Shown here piece by piece: positions 17,152 to 27,354 of a stretch of 64,000 nt of DNA (the first letter of the stretch is position 1; every line of letters starts with the position of its first letter). Origin of the DNA: a virus (taxonomy: Duplodnaviria; Caudoviricetes); the IMG/VR virus record IMGVR_UViG_3300027374_000001; one strand, written 5' to 3'. A program made the translations under genes and the position numbers. A model generated the notes under the pieces. It was not told the DNA's origin. It ran no database searches and worked only from the letters and a program-made list of their open reading frames with translations.

Positions 17152-17922
17152 TTACAGAGTATACTGCTTATTGTCTACAACATCAGAAGCGGATGCATTA
17201 GGCGCTGCTGACCCTGCAATTGGTGACTCTGCGTCAAAGAAGTTTACATTGTTTGCATTCGGCTGTGCTGCCTGTCCTTGCGCTGCCTGGGCCTGAGCCT
17301 GCTGCGCTGGGTCCATTGTTTGACCCATATTCATGGCACCTGGCCATCCTCCATAACTAGCTGCACCGGGCTGTGTGTATCCTCCAAATCCACCGCCCAT
17401 AAGACCGGCCAATAATACTGCCGCATTTCCTCCTCCGAACTGGTTGCTATTGATAGCCGCACCATACTGTCCGAAGTGGTCATTCGCGATCTTATACATC
17501 TGCTTTGTTTTCTTAAGGAATGGTATCATCTGGAAGAATGCTTTACAAACTGCATCAGGAATGTCTCTATACATTACCTTTGTTGTCTCAAGAAGGTCGA
17601 CTACCCCATCGACAGTAGTATTGACAGCATCCTGGCTCAGATCAGCCATACGGAATGTAGCTCCGCAAATCATACAGGTATAAGACCCGTCCTGGTTCTG
17701 GCGGAGCCTATCTTCTCCACCAACCCGGTGTGTGCAGATTGCCTGCAAAGATTCTTCCCTCGAAACTGATAATGAAAATGAAGGCGCTTTCTGCGCCAAG
17801 AATTTTACATCCTCATCAGTCAAAGGGTTCGTACCTACTGGCTTCTTCATTGCGGGATTCGTGAATTGATACGCATACCCTGAGTTCGGAAAACCAGTTT
17901 GTCCAAAGAAATTGTTCATCAT
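17152..17922 (-). CDS. hypothetical protein with a Zn site and G/Q/A/N-rich low-complexity tail
   Basis: CTH...CMIC; C-terminal GGGFGGY...AQQAQAQAAQGQAAQP; own promoter and terminator. Confidence 0.8.
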   Translation of the reverse strand: MMNNFFGQTGFPNSGYAYQFTNPAMKKPVGTNPLTDEDVKFLAQKAPSFSLSVSREESLQAICTHRVGGEDRLRQNQDGSYTCMICGATFRMADLSQDAVNTTVDGVVDLLETTKVMYRDIPDAVCKAFFQMIPFLKKTKQMYKIANDHFGQYGAAINSNQFGGGNAAVLLAGLMGGGFGGYTQPGAASYGGWPGAMNMGQTMDPAQQAQAQAAQGQAAQPNANNVNFFDAESPIAGSAAPNASASDVVDNKQYTL

Positions 17923-18016
17923 GATGATTTTACCTCCTGTGTAGAAATATATTTCTTTAATGCATCACACTTATAATATGCAATTACTCGTGTGTTTGCT
18001 TTTTGATTTTTTATGA

Positions 18017-18493
18017 TTATTTTTTACTGTCGTCTTCCATAGAATCATATGAAAGATGATGTTCAGTTCTAATATTTCCTTTATTACCGATATTATTGGA
18101 CGGAATTGAACTTCTTTCTTTACCAAGCCATGCCGTAGAATATCCAGCTCTTTGCATGAACTCAGTTACTGCCTTTTTCTCTTTTTCATCAGTATATTTT
18201 TCTTGTATGAATTCCATAACTTCTGGTATAGGAACATACGCTTGCATATCCTGAATCTGATGAAAATCTACTAACGTGATACTAAACGGAGTGCTTACTT
18301 GACTACCCATAAGCTCCTGATTGTGTCTTAGTGCATAAAAGCATTCTTTATTCCAATCCCATACTATAGGGGCATTATGTTTGGGATCAGCATTGTCATA
18401 GAATATATGCTCATTATCGCATCTTATCTTAACCACATGTCCTTTACTCCTATGAGTTGTGATAAACTCCTTTATTAATGAAGTATCATCCAT
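18017..18493 (-). CDS. hypothetical protein
   Basis: 158-aa ORF, AAGGAG SD. Confidence 0.75.
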   Translation of the reverse strand: MDDTSLIKEFITTHRSKGHVVKIRCDNEHIFYDNADPKHNAPIVWDWNKECFYALRHNQELMGSQVSTPFSITLVDFHQIQDMQAYVPIPEVMEFIQEKYTDEKEKKAVTEFMQRAGYSTAWLGKERSSIPSNNIGNKGNIRTEHHLSYDSMEDDSKK

Positions 18494-18513
18494 ATAAATT
18501 TAGTCTCCTTTCT

Positions 18514-19020
18514 TTAGAGTGCATCTCTATACCCGTTAAGCATAGGCATGAGTGTTGGCAATATTGCCATATAGTCATGGTTTAACTGAATGTTTAACAA
18601 AGCCGTATACAGCATATTATATGCCTCTGTAGATCTTTTATGGTCAGAATGCACTTGATACATGTAATTATCGAGTTGAATATTATTAGCTTGCGCACTA
18701 CATATATAAGTTTCTAATCCTATACGCGTTGCATCGTGATAGATTAACTTCTTATACGCGATATTCACTAATACCCCAACAAATTCTGGATCTTCAAAAG
18801 CCTTTCCGTGCTTTTCTAAATCTATAAGACCTCCAGCTAAATCTCTGAATATTTTTCCTGACTCGTATTCTAAATCTCTAGAGGTCTTAAAGTTAGTAAA
18901 GTTTTCTCCGTATGCATTATATTGCTTTGTAAAATAGCTGTTTTTCATTCTGTTTTCAGCTTGTTTTTGATACTTATTTTTAGCAGGCTTGTGTTTCTTC
19001 CATTCGCTATTGTTTCCCAT
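18514..19020 (-). CDS. hypothetical protein
   Basis: ORF track start is 19065; ATG at 19020 (MGNNSE) has a better SD. Confidence 0.7.
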   Translation of the reverse strand: MGNNSEWKKHKPAKNKYQKQAENRMKNSYFTKQYNAYGENFTNFKTSRDLEYESGKIFRDLAGGLIDLEKHGKAFEDPEFVGVLVNIAYKKLIYHDATRIGLETYICSAQANNIQLDNYMYQVHSDHKRSTEAYNMLYTALLNIQLNHDYMAILPTLMPMLNGYRDAL

Positions 19021-19450
19021 CCTCGTTCTCCTCTTCATCCTCATAAGCGTACTCATGGATATCAAAAGAAGTATCGTCTTTTACAGCATCGTTTTCTTTC
19101 ATCGTTACCATAAATTTAAATATAGATATCTTCTTATCTATAGTAACAGTAGAAGAGTTAGAGATAATATACGACTTATGGACGTCTATAAAGACATATT
19201 CATTCTCTATAAAACTCTTAATATAGTCATACACTTCCTGTCTTCCAACTACGAAGTTCCAATCCTTAAATTCCGTAGAACCGTCGTCTCTGTTCTCTCC
19301 TACTAAAAGTACCAAATAAGTTTTCTCATCCTTATTCTCTTCTTCGTACACCATGCCGGGAGTATATAAATCTTTTTCAGAAATATCTTCCCCTTCTGGT
19401 ATATACTCCATCCCCTTTATTAATTTCTTTTCTGTTTCTTGATTACTCAT
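19007..19450 (-). CDS. hypothetical acidic protein
   Basis: 147 aa, AAGGAGG SD, class I promoter; N-terminus carries KGMEY and PGMVYE. Confidence 0.75.
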   Translation of the reverse strand: MSNQETEKKLIKGMEYIPEGEDISEKDLYTPGMVYEEENKDEKTYLVLLVGENRDDGSTEFKDWNFVVGRQEVYDYIKSFIENEYVFIDVHKSYIISNSSTVTIDKKISIFKFMVTMKENDAVKDDTSFDIHEYAYEDEEENEDGKQ

Positions 19451-19535
19451 AAAATAATCCTCCTTAGTAGTTTATCTTTCATTCATATAAATAATATATT
19501 CTTATTATGAAAGTTACGGTATATATAAAAGTATA

Positions 19536-20741
19536 TCAGAAAAAGAAACGATTAACCATATTAGGAATCACATATATGAGAAAATTTTTAAATCTAGAAG
19601 CCCCAACATAATTTAAATTATCTTGAATACTAGGATTTAAATACTCTTGTACATAAATCCCATTATTGTATTGAGCCCCTTGTGATAAATGCGTGGTTAT
19701 AGCATAAGCATATTCCATCTTTTCACCGGTAGAATATTTACTATTTTTTAACCATTGCCTTTCCTCATGATTAGCTATAAAATACTTATAATCGCATACA
19801 ATATTTAGAAATTTTATATCTAACAAATCTGTGGTAAAATCTATAGTAAAGGTTCTCCCATCATATCTGGTTATATCAGTAGGTGTAGATACCCTTCCAA
19901 TAAGTCCATTAGCTAGACTAATACCATTCTTTTCTATAGACCAGTTATTTTTTCGGCATATAAGCTTCTCATTAATCCCAGGAAGTCTAGTTTTAGCATG
20001 TAATATTTCTTCACGTATTTTATTATTATATAAGTCCCTGGTCTTATTTTTTCCACATATTAATATTTGAGAACCTTTAATCATATCCAGAGTAAGATCT
20101 TTTTCTTCAATAACAAGTACGTTTCCATAATATCCTGGGCTCAACGGGATTCCATTTCTAACTAAATAAGACACATAGGCTATTCCTCCATTAGCATCTT
20201 GTCTAACCAATTCATCTAAACAATCTATATTTCTATCGGTTAAATATGCCGGTGTAGATTTTACTGGAGGGAGCTGCCCCCAGTCCCCACATGCTATAAT
20301 AGGCTTTCCCAATCTCTCTATATATTGTTTCATCTCTATAGGAACAGTATATGCTTCATCTATTATGATATAGTCAATATCTCTAAAATACTCTATTGGA
20401 CGAGGTCTAAACACTAATTCTTTTTTAGGTTTATTATATACCTTATCTATAATAGGATTGCCATGCTCATCTACAACTATCTCATCTACCAACTCCATAG
20501 TCCAAGAATGAATAGTTCTAGCATTCCATAATCCATTAACTCTCATAACTATAGCGGCTTGCCCAATATATGCCATAGCAGCTATTCTTGATAATGGAAT
20601 TCCGACACCTTCTATTATTTTATGAAGAACATACGTTTTACCAGTTCCAGCATAACCAGTATATTCATATACTTGAACTTTGTTATGCCTTATATGATCA
20701 ATACCATTCTTTACTACCAATTCTTGTTTTTTGTTAAGCAT
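19536..20741 (-). CDS. SF1 DNA helicase, Dda/RecD-like
   Basis: GYAGTGKT, ARTIHSW, IIIDEAY, CGDWGQLPPV, YAYAITTHLSQGAQY, YVGASR. Confidence 0.9.
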   Translation of the reverse strand: MLNKKQELVVKNGIDHIRHNKVQVYEYTGYAGTGKTYVLHKIIEGVGIPLSRIAAMAYIGQAAIVMRVNGLWNARTIHSWTMELVDEIVVDEHGNPIIDKVYNKPKKELVFRPRPIEYFRDIDYIIIDEAYTVPIEMKQYIERLGKPIIACGDWGQLPPVKSTPAYLTDRNIDCLDELVRQDANGGIAYVSYLVRNGIPLSPGYYGNVLVIEEKDLTLDMIKGSQILICGKNKTRDLYNNKIREEILHAKTRLPGINEKLICRKNNWSIEKNGISLANGLIGRVSTPTDITRYDGRTFTIDFTTDLLDIKFLNIVCDYKYFIANHEERQWLKNSKYSTGEKMEYAYAITTHLSQGAQYNNGIYVQEYLNPSIQDNLNYVGASRFKNFLIYVIPNMVNRFFF

Positions 20742-20778
20742 AAAATTAAAATACTCCCTTTAATAAAAAATAAAACAT

Positions 20779-20801
20779 CGCCGCTCCGAATTGGAGCGGC
20801 G
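20779..20801 (-). terminator. intrinsic terminator
   Basis: CGCCGCTCC/GGAGCGGCG stem plus TTTTATTTTTT. Confidence 0.7.
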
Positions 20802-20811
20802 TTCCATATAA

Positions 20812-21327
20812 TTAATCTATCAATTTATGCATACTATCAATGACATCCATCAAATATTCTAATTTATCTCTTGGCACCGTATCTACGAATTCGGATATCT
20901 GCATCTTACATTCTTTTCTGAAGCTATTATTGTAACACATCATTTCCCCATTTTTGTTATCTCTGAGTCTATGATAATAATCACAACCAGATTTATAGTT
21001 ACATGTTTTACATATATTTTGTATGTCGTCAGGAGAAGAAGTATGAATCTCCTCATATTTATCATTTAAATAATGAGACTTTCTAAGATTAGACAATTGA
21101 TTTAATCTTTGCTCTATTATAATTTCTATAGCCTGTTTCTGTTCTTCACTTATTAATTTATATACTTGCATAAAAATTTTTTCCATTTGACTATCTCCTC
21201 CTATAACATCCATTCTAATCAAACTTCTATCTAATACACTTGATTTAAAAATATCAAAATCGATATCCAATAGTTTTTCAATATTTCCATAAATTGGTAT
21301 TATTTTTACTCGAATTTTATTATCCAT
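20812..21327 (-). CDS. hypothetical protein
   Basis: 171-aa ORF with a Cys cluster (CKTC...C...C). Confidence 0.7.
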   Translation of the reverse strand: MDNKIRVKIIPIYGNIEKLLDIDFDIFKSSVLDRSLIRMDVIGGDSQMEKIFMQVYKLISEEQKQAIEIIIEQRLNQLSNLRKSHYLNDKYEEIHTSSPDDIQNICKTCNYKSGCDYYHRLRDNKNGEMMCYNNSFRKECKMQISEFVDTVPRDKLEYLMDVIDSMHKLID

Positions 21328-21341
21328 TTAGTTTACGCCTC

Positions 21342-21845
21342 CTATAATAAATCTTTTAACGGAAATCTTGGTATTCTTTTCTTTTTAGGTTCTTCCCCTT
21401 CCGGCAATGGCTCGGTGTCAAATTGATCTAAGTTATCAATAAGCATACCAGAAAGAGTGAAAATTAAATCAATATAGCATAAATTTACATTATAAAAAGG
21501 TCTAGATTTAATAAGACCAGTATTTGTCTTCATCTCTACAAAAGAATGTAAATTATCTTCGCATTTTCTATCATAAAATATTTGCACATATAAACCGTCA
21601 TCTTCTGCCGCATGTTGTAAAGCGATAGAAAACAACTGATGAGCTTGCTTAAAATTAAGTAATGGTTTAAACTCCATTTCTCCTCTGTGGACTAGAGTAT
21701 GACCATCATTATTTATCTTTAATCTTTTATCGTTAAACTCTATAGGAAGGCTAGACTCTTGGTCACAAACTGTTATATTTATTATCTTCATATCGAGACA
21801 ATTTATTAATACATTATACATATGATTTACACTTTTAAGTTTCAT
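21342..21845 (-). CDS. hypothetical protein
   Basis: 167-aa ORF, AAGGAG SD. Confidence 0.75.
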   Translation of the reverse strand: MKLKSVNHMYNVLINCLDMKIINITVCDQESSLPIEFNDKRLKINNDGHTLVHRGEMEFKPLLNFKQAHQLFSIALQHAAEDDGLYVQIFYDRKCEDNLHSFVEMKTNTGLIKSRPFYNVNLCYIDLIFTLSGMLIDNLDQFDTEPLPEGEEPKKKRIPRFPLKDLL

Positions 21846-21905
21846 TTCATCACTCCTTTATTTCGGCAACATTCGGTTAATATAAAGTTGCCGGAGGTGT
21901 TATTA

Positions 21906-22259
21906 TTGAAAGATTTTGAATTCTATCAAAACCTAGAATTAAAGTTTCCAGAATTTGCTATTTGTTTAGAAGATTCTAAAGATGGAATAGCAAAATTTTT
22001 TATACCAGTACTTACACCGCTATTAGATTCGGATGAGCCTTATGACGTAACCGATTTAACTATAGATACTAAAAATATAATAAATGATACTTCGAGTATG
22101 AATATAGGTAAATGCACAGAATCGAACTACCTATCCCTTAAGCTACCACATTCAGATAATGAGTGTAAGAAGGGAGATATCTTTGTAATTACATTCATAA
22201 GCGGAGATCCCAACAAACCATATATATTGGGGAGGTATTACGATGCTATCGACTCATAA
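21906..22259 (+). CDS. putative baseplate hub/spike OB-fold protein (gp5 N-terminal-like)
   Basis: KFFIPVLTP...KKGDIFVITFISGDPNKPYILGRY resembles the gp5/VgrG OB fold; TTG start after GGAGGT; AACA-N6-TA at 21868-21879. Confidence 0.55.
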   Translation: MKDFEFYQNLELKFPEFAICLEDSKDGIAKFFIPVLTPLLDSDEPYDVTDLTIDTKNIINDTSSMNIGKCTESNYLSLKLPHSDNECKKGDIFVITFISGDPNKPYILGRYYDAIDS

Positions 22260-22707
22260 AGTAGAACACACTTATACTATATCTGATTTCATAGAATTAG
22301 GAAGATCCACTCAGGATATTGATTACAACCAATATACAATATTGGCTAATCCCATACCGTCCATAAACCCAGACTTTATAATCTATATTGCACAGAATAA
22401 TGTGCTGTATGAATACGAGGACGAATTAAAGACCCTATCATTCTCAGTAGAAATGTCATTATCTGAATGGCATAAGTACAAATACAAGCCTAAGTTATTA
22501 TCATTTGACTTATATGGCTCTACAGAATTATATTTTGTTTTGCTATTTTTAAATGGTACTTGCGATATAAAGGATTTTGATAAGCAGACTATCAAGATTT
22601 TGACTAAAGAAAAACTATTAGAATTTCTTGAAGCAGTATATAATGCAGAATCTAAATATATAAATCTTAATAGAACGAATGTAGGATACGTAGAAAATAA
22701 AGGGTAG
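22243..22707 (+). CDS. baseplate wedge protein, T4 gp53/LysM-like
   Basis: YKYKPKLLSFDLYGSTELYFVLLFLNG motif. Confidence 0.65.
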   Translation: MLSTHKVEHTYTISDFIELGRSTQDIDYNQYTILANPIPSINPDFIIYIAQNNVLYEYEDELKTLSFSVEMSLSEWHKYKYKPKLLSFDLYGSTELYFVLLFLNGTCDIKDFDKQTIKILTKEKLLEFLEAVYNAESKYINLNRTNVGYVENKG

Positions 22708-22726
22708 ACTCTCTTGAGTCTACCCT
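22701..22726. terminator. bidirectional terminator between convergent genes
   Basis: AGGGTAGACTC/GAGTCTACCCT stem. Confidence 0.65.
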
Positions 22727-22730
22727 AAAT

Positions 22731-23285
22731 TTAATTCTGTAAGTCTTCATATAGCTCCTCTAATGCAGTAGTGGTATATTTTTCAAGAACACTTTTTGCT
22801 ATCTTGTTTTCTGTGGTATTCTTCCATATATACTCACCTAATTCGTTTTCCATAAAGAGCCTCTTATATTTTAGATACCTATTAGTGCCCCGTGTAGCCT
22901 CTAACACATTGCATTTATTCACAAATTCTTTACTAATAGGTTGGCCAAGAATCATATTAATAAGAATATCATTGTGGCTGATACTATCGAGAATTTTGCT
23001 TGGCTTGATCAGCCTACGTCCTATAAATCCCGGTTTGATTAGCAGCATAATATGCATGCTATTATTATCATTATCTGATAACTCTAATATATAATTACCC
23101 GGACTTTCCTCAAGATTAATCCCCGATAAGTCTCTTATCATGATGCCCACACCATCGAGAATTTGTCTTTCGGTAGTAACATCTTCCGTTTCAAAATAAT
23201 TGTAATCAATTGTTCCTTTTGCCAATTCCGTATAGGACCCATTATGCGAAACATATTTGAGAATCCTATAATTATCTATTAGCAT
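22731..23285 (-). CDS. hypothetical protein
   Basis: 184-aa ORF, AAGGAGG SD. Confidence 0.75.
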   Translation of the reverse strand: MLIDNYRILKYVSHNGSYTELAKGTIDYNYFETEDVTTERQILDGVGIMIRDLSGINLEESPGNYILELSDNDNNSMHIMLLIKPGFIGRRLIKPSKILDSISHNDILINMILGQPISKEFVNKCNVLEATRGTNRYLKYKRLFMENELGEYIWKNTTENKIAKSVLEKYTTTALEELYEDLQN

Positions 23286-23462
23286 TTGTCATCCTCCTTT
23301 TCTCATTAGATTTTCTCAGATTTAATAATATTTTTATTCCCATTACCAAATCCATTGTTTTACTATCCAGCTCAATGATATTGGTTTTATTTAATGGAGC
23401 TGAATCTATTACAAAAGCTTTATTATCCATTTAGCACTCCTCCTCTAATATATAATATATAA

Positions 23463-23708
23463 TTAGGTATAAAATTCTCTTGTGAAATATAATTTATCAG
23501 CACCTCCAAAATGAGTTATAACTAAAATATCATTTTTCATTTTAATTCTAAAAATGCTCATATTACCATTTTCAGCGAAACAATACTTTAATTTTATATA
23601 TTCATCATCATTAAAAATTCCTTCAAGTATTTCATTAACAATTTTCATCTCATCGTCTGAATACCCAAAAGTCTCTTTTAATGATGATAATTCAATTGGC
23701 TTATTCAT
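23463..23708 (-). CDS. hypothetical protein
   Basis: 81 aa; start overlaps the DnaB stop. Confidence 0.65.
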   Translation of the reverse strand: MNKPIELSSLKETFGYSDDEMKIVNEILEGIFNDDEYIKLKYCFAENGNMSIFRIKMKNDILVITHFGGADKLYFTREFYT

Positions 23709-25542
23709 ATATCATACCTCTTATCAATTCGACCTCATCTAACTGCGGATTATACATAATCTGCATAGGTTGCAGCGGCATTTGGATATTTTGTTGCATG
23801 TAAGGATTGGTATAATCAATTAAGTTAGAACTTTGATTAGTTTCTGGTATTGTAAGTTGCTCTTGCATCTTCTTTACGTCTTCTGATGAATATACAGTGG
23901 AGAATTCAAATATATTATCCTCGCCGTCATCAATGGATTTAATATTCGTAGAATACCCATTTGTCTTGACTTTATCATTATGATAAGATGTATTTAATGT
24001 GGATTCTACAGTATATAAACTTTCCTTAAATACTGGAACTGGGCTATAGAAATCTTCTATTAATTTAATAGAATTATCTTTATGGAACGGTTGGCAGATA
24101 TAATCTCTATAAGTCCTTACTCTTTGCTTAATATTCTTAAATGCCATATACTCATTGCCTTCGGCATCAAATTCCTTATTGAGAATTATACCTAAATCTA
24201 CATTATCAAGCATCAATAAAGATTCTCCTACATTAGACTTTCCAAGCATTCTAGTCAAATCCATTGTAGCTCTTGTAGATTTTTCATCTATAATTTTGGC
24301 CCCTTCCCTGTTCAAATGTGAGTCAGTTATTACAGGAATATCCTTAAGAATAGCAAACGTTTTCATCTCATTCACTACATCACCGAGCTCAAGTCTTAAA
24401 TCGGTATTCCCTGCTACTGATCTAATTCTTTTTACATGATCTTGGAATAAGCATATAGTTTCATAACCCTCATCCTCTAAATCTTCTACTAATGTATAAA
24501 GATATCCGGTATCAACAGACCTATTTGGTTTATACTTAATTATCAAATCTATTGGTGAATCATCACTAAGGTAAAGTTCTCCTTGCGTTCTGAGAAGCAT
24601 TTCTACTTCTTCGAGAGTGTGATTTCTAATATCTTCTCCAGTTGCTATAGTAAATAATCTTTGGATTGTTTCGGTAACATCGTTTTCCATAGTAAGAAAC
24701 ACTATACATGGGCGTTTTGTTGGGTCCTTGGGTTTGAATCCTTTATTATACTTCTTCATCTGATATGCTATATTCAGCATAGATAAAGATTTACCAACTC
24801 CAGTAAGACCGAATAATAAATAGCATCTTGTATTTTCAAATCCTCCTCCGATAAGTTGATTAAATCCTTGCATACCAGTTACAAGATATCTAAACTTACT
24901 ATTCAATGTGTCATAAACATCAGCTAATACGCTCTTAAAACTCTCCTCTCCGAGGTTAAAGGTTTTCTCAGTTGAATTAACACTATCATTTTTCCTAAAT
25001 CTATTATTAATATCCCTAAAATATTCCTTCGCCTCTATGAATACGGAATTTATATTTGATGCTTCTGCTGCCAATAGCCTCGTTAAGATATCAATTCCCT
25101 CTTCTGCCCTCTCATATAAAAACGAGCAAGATAATGTGTTACTTACAGTTTCGTTTATCCATTCTATTTCTCCAGTAGACATTTCTATGAAATTATTAAT
25201 GTCTACAATATCACTCTCCATGAATCCACCATTAATATATTTAATGATAGCTACAGGGTCAGTAAGTTGTCTTTCTAATCTAGCCTCTATGCCCTTTTTG
25301 ATAAATAATATTCTCTTATATCTTTCTTGGTCGTGAATATATCTATCTAAATCAAGAAGCTCAATTAGATTTCTCATATTTATATATGCACCACGCTTAA
25401 TACTCCTATTATTAGTAAGAACGTAAGTACACATAAGATTTAAACTTTCTATATCAAAATTTATAGGAAGTTTTCTAATGGTTTTATTTTTTATAAAAGT
25501 TTTACCATGCCCAGGTTTTTTAACTCTATCTTTAATAACCAT
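23701..25542 (-). CDS. dnaB: DnaB-like replicative helicase
   Basis: TGMQGFNQLIGGGF, GLTGVGKS Walker A, FLTMEND, QDHVKRI, IPVITDSHLNRE, VGESLLMLDNVD. Confidence 0.88.
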   Translation of the reverse strand: MVIKDRVKKPGHGKTFIKNKTIRKLPINFDIESLNLMCTYVLTNNRSIKRGAYINMRNLIELLDLDRYIHDQERYKRILFIKKGIEARLERQLTDPVAIIKYINGGFMESDIVDINNFIEMSTGEIEWINETVSNTLSCSFLYERAEEGIDILTRLLAAEASNINSVFIEAKEYFRDINNRFRKNDSVNSTEKTFNLGEESFKSVLADVYDTLNSKFRYLVTGMQGFNQLIGGGFENTRCYLLFGLTGVGKSLSMLNIAYQMKKYNKGFKPKDPTKRPCIVFLTMENDVTETIQRLFTIATGEDIRNHTLEEVEMLLRTQGELYLSDDSPIDLIIKYKPNRSVDTGYLYTLVEDLEDEGYETICLFQDHVKRIRSVAGNTDLRLELGDVVNEMKTFAILKDIPVITDSHLNREGAKIIDEKSTRATMDLTRMLGKSNVGESLLMLDNVDLGIILNKEFDAEGNEYMAFKNIKQRVRTYRDYICQPFHKDNSIKLIEDFYSPVPVFKESLYTVESTLNTSYHNDKVKTNGYSTNIKSIDDGEDNIFEFSTVYSSEDVKKMQEQLTIPETNQSSNLIDYTNPYMQQNIQMPLQPMQIMYNPQLDEVELIRGMIYE

Positions 25543-25678
25543 ATATCTAGTCTCCTTAATAACTTATCTTTCATTTTTTATAAAAATGTTGTGGGCATAT
25601 TTACTATTCATATCTATATAGTTATCGTATACTTACCTATATAGGCACAATTGCGACAATAATAAAGAGCAAGGCCGG

Positions 25679-26485
25679 TTAGCCTTGCTCGACGTTTCCT
25701 ATGATAGCAGTTACTAAAATATTGAATGCATAAGAATGAACTGACATTAGTATATTTATAATACTTGTTAAAATCCTTTCGTCCTCTCCATCTTCGGTTT
25801 CAATAGACATAATAGCATCCATTTCTAAAGTTAGTAATATTCTTAATTGTTCAGCAAATACCGGTAGTGATATACTAGTATTATCATCTTCAAACAATTT
25901 TACATTACTTTCATTAATAATGATTTCGTTATGCTCCAGCATAGCAGTATACATATCTAACACACTACTCATAGTACTTATAACTGATTTATTCACTGAA
26001 AATTGAAGATCGGAATTCAGTAGTTTCTTGATGTTTCCAACTTGAGAAACTATAGCCCTATTATTAATAGCCGATGTATAATTCTTATCAATAATATCTA
26101 TTAAAATATTATAGCTTGCTGGGTCTTCAACCTTTATTTTAAATTGGGTTTTCAAATCCTCTAATACATATTCTTCAACTTTCCCATTAGCATCTGTTAT
26201 TATATGATGCTCGATGAATCTAGTGTAAGCTATCTGATAAAGTTCTTCCCACATCAAACCGGATAAATTAATCACACCATTTATGGTATCATCTCTATAA
26301 TCGTTTAATTCAGTACGTTTTAATACCTTTTGTTCTGGCAATTCGATATCTAATCTGAATCCGCTTGCGACTGTAAACGTTTTCAAATTATATACTAAAA
26401 TAAAATCAGAACTTTCTTCTTTATTAAACTCATACATGAGTATATATTTATCTTTTACATCTATTAAAATTTTTGGAATTTTCAT
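25679..26485 (-). CDS. hypothetical protein
   Basis: 268-aa ORF, AAGGAGG SD. Confidence 0.75.
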   Translation of the reverse strand: MKIPKILIDVKDKYILMYEFNKEESSDFILVYNLKTFTVASGFRLDIELPEQKVLKRTELNDYRDDTINGVINLSGLMWEELYQIAYTRFIEHHIITDANGKVEEYVLEDLKTQFKIKVEDPASYNILIDIIDKNYTSAINNRAIVSQVGNIKKLLNSDLQFSVNKSVISTMSSVLDMYTAMLEHNEIIINESNVKLFEDDNTSISLPVFAEQLRILLTLEMDAIMSIETEDGEDERILTSIINILMSVHSYAFNILVTAIIGNVEQG

Positions 26486-26498
26486 CTTTATTCCTCCT

Positions 26499-26978
26499 TT
26501 AATCTTCGAAAACTGTATTTAAAAGGGAAATAGCATTTTCACAATATTCGCATATTCTTTTCTTAGCCATTATCACATCATCGTATGATAATCCAAGAAA
26601 CTCGGCATTCACTAAATAAATTATTTTATTATCGCTTGTAAATGTAATAGGCTTATCGCCATTAATAATTACATCAATAATTTTAGAAAGTATTTGCTCA
26701 GCAGTATAACTTGTACAATTAGAATATACTCCCTTGTGTATTCCAGTTATCATTTCTTTTTTATTTATTTCTACTCTAGCACCAAAAAACAAACTTCTGG
26801 CATCTACGATATACTTTATGATATCAGAATTAGGAGTATCCTCATCCTGGTCTTTCATATAATCTATCAGTATTACTCCTATTAATTTATAATAATAACC
26901 ATCATCGTCTTTTGTTAACTGATATAAATATATCTCATCTAACTCTTTACTTACTATATTAAATTCTGGTGCTTTCAT
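26499..26978 (-). CDS. hypothetical protein
   Basis: 159-aa ORF, GAGGAGG SD. Confidence 0.75.
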   Translation of the reverse strand: MKAPEFNIVSKELDEIYLYQLTKDDDGYYYKLIGVILIDYMKDQDEDTPNSDIIKYIVDARSLFFGARVEINKKEMITGIHKGVYSNCTSYTAEQILSKIIDVIINGDKPITFTSDNKIIYLVNAEFLGLSYDDVIMAKKRICEYCENAISLLNTVFED

Positions 26979-27098
26979 TCATATACCTCCTCATAAGCAT
27001 TATAAATAATATCTTTAAATAGATTTATAATATCGACTTTGGTTAACTTATTGACATTTGCATCTTCTAATTCTGGAGTTATAAATACGGTATATTGG

Positions 27099-27353
27099 TT
27101 AAACATATTTTTTAGCTTCTATAAGACGAGTCCTATAGAATAACACATTCCCGTATTTAGATCCAACTGATTTATAAAAACATACAGCGCGTGAAATCAA
27201 CGGATTATCTTTCACGCTAGAGGTATTCCTACTAGCAATTGCTATTTTTATCATAACAGAATAGTTATTACTCTCTTCTGTTATTTTATATAGGTCTAAA
27301 CTACTATTATAGGTACCGCCATTATTTAATCTAATCATATATTTAACTTCCAC
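27099..27353 (-). CDS. hypothetical protein
   Basis: 84 aa; starts right after the SbcD stop. Confidence 0.55.
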   Translation of the reverse strand: MEVKYMIRLNNGGTYNSSLDLYKITEESNNYSVMIKIAIASRNTSSVKDNPLISRAVCFYKSVGSKYGNVLFYRTRLIEAKKYV

Positions 27354-27354
27354 A

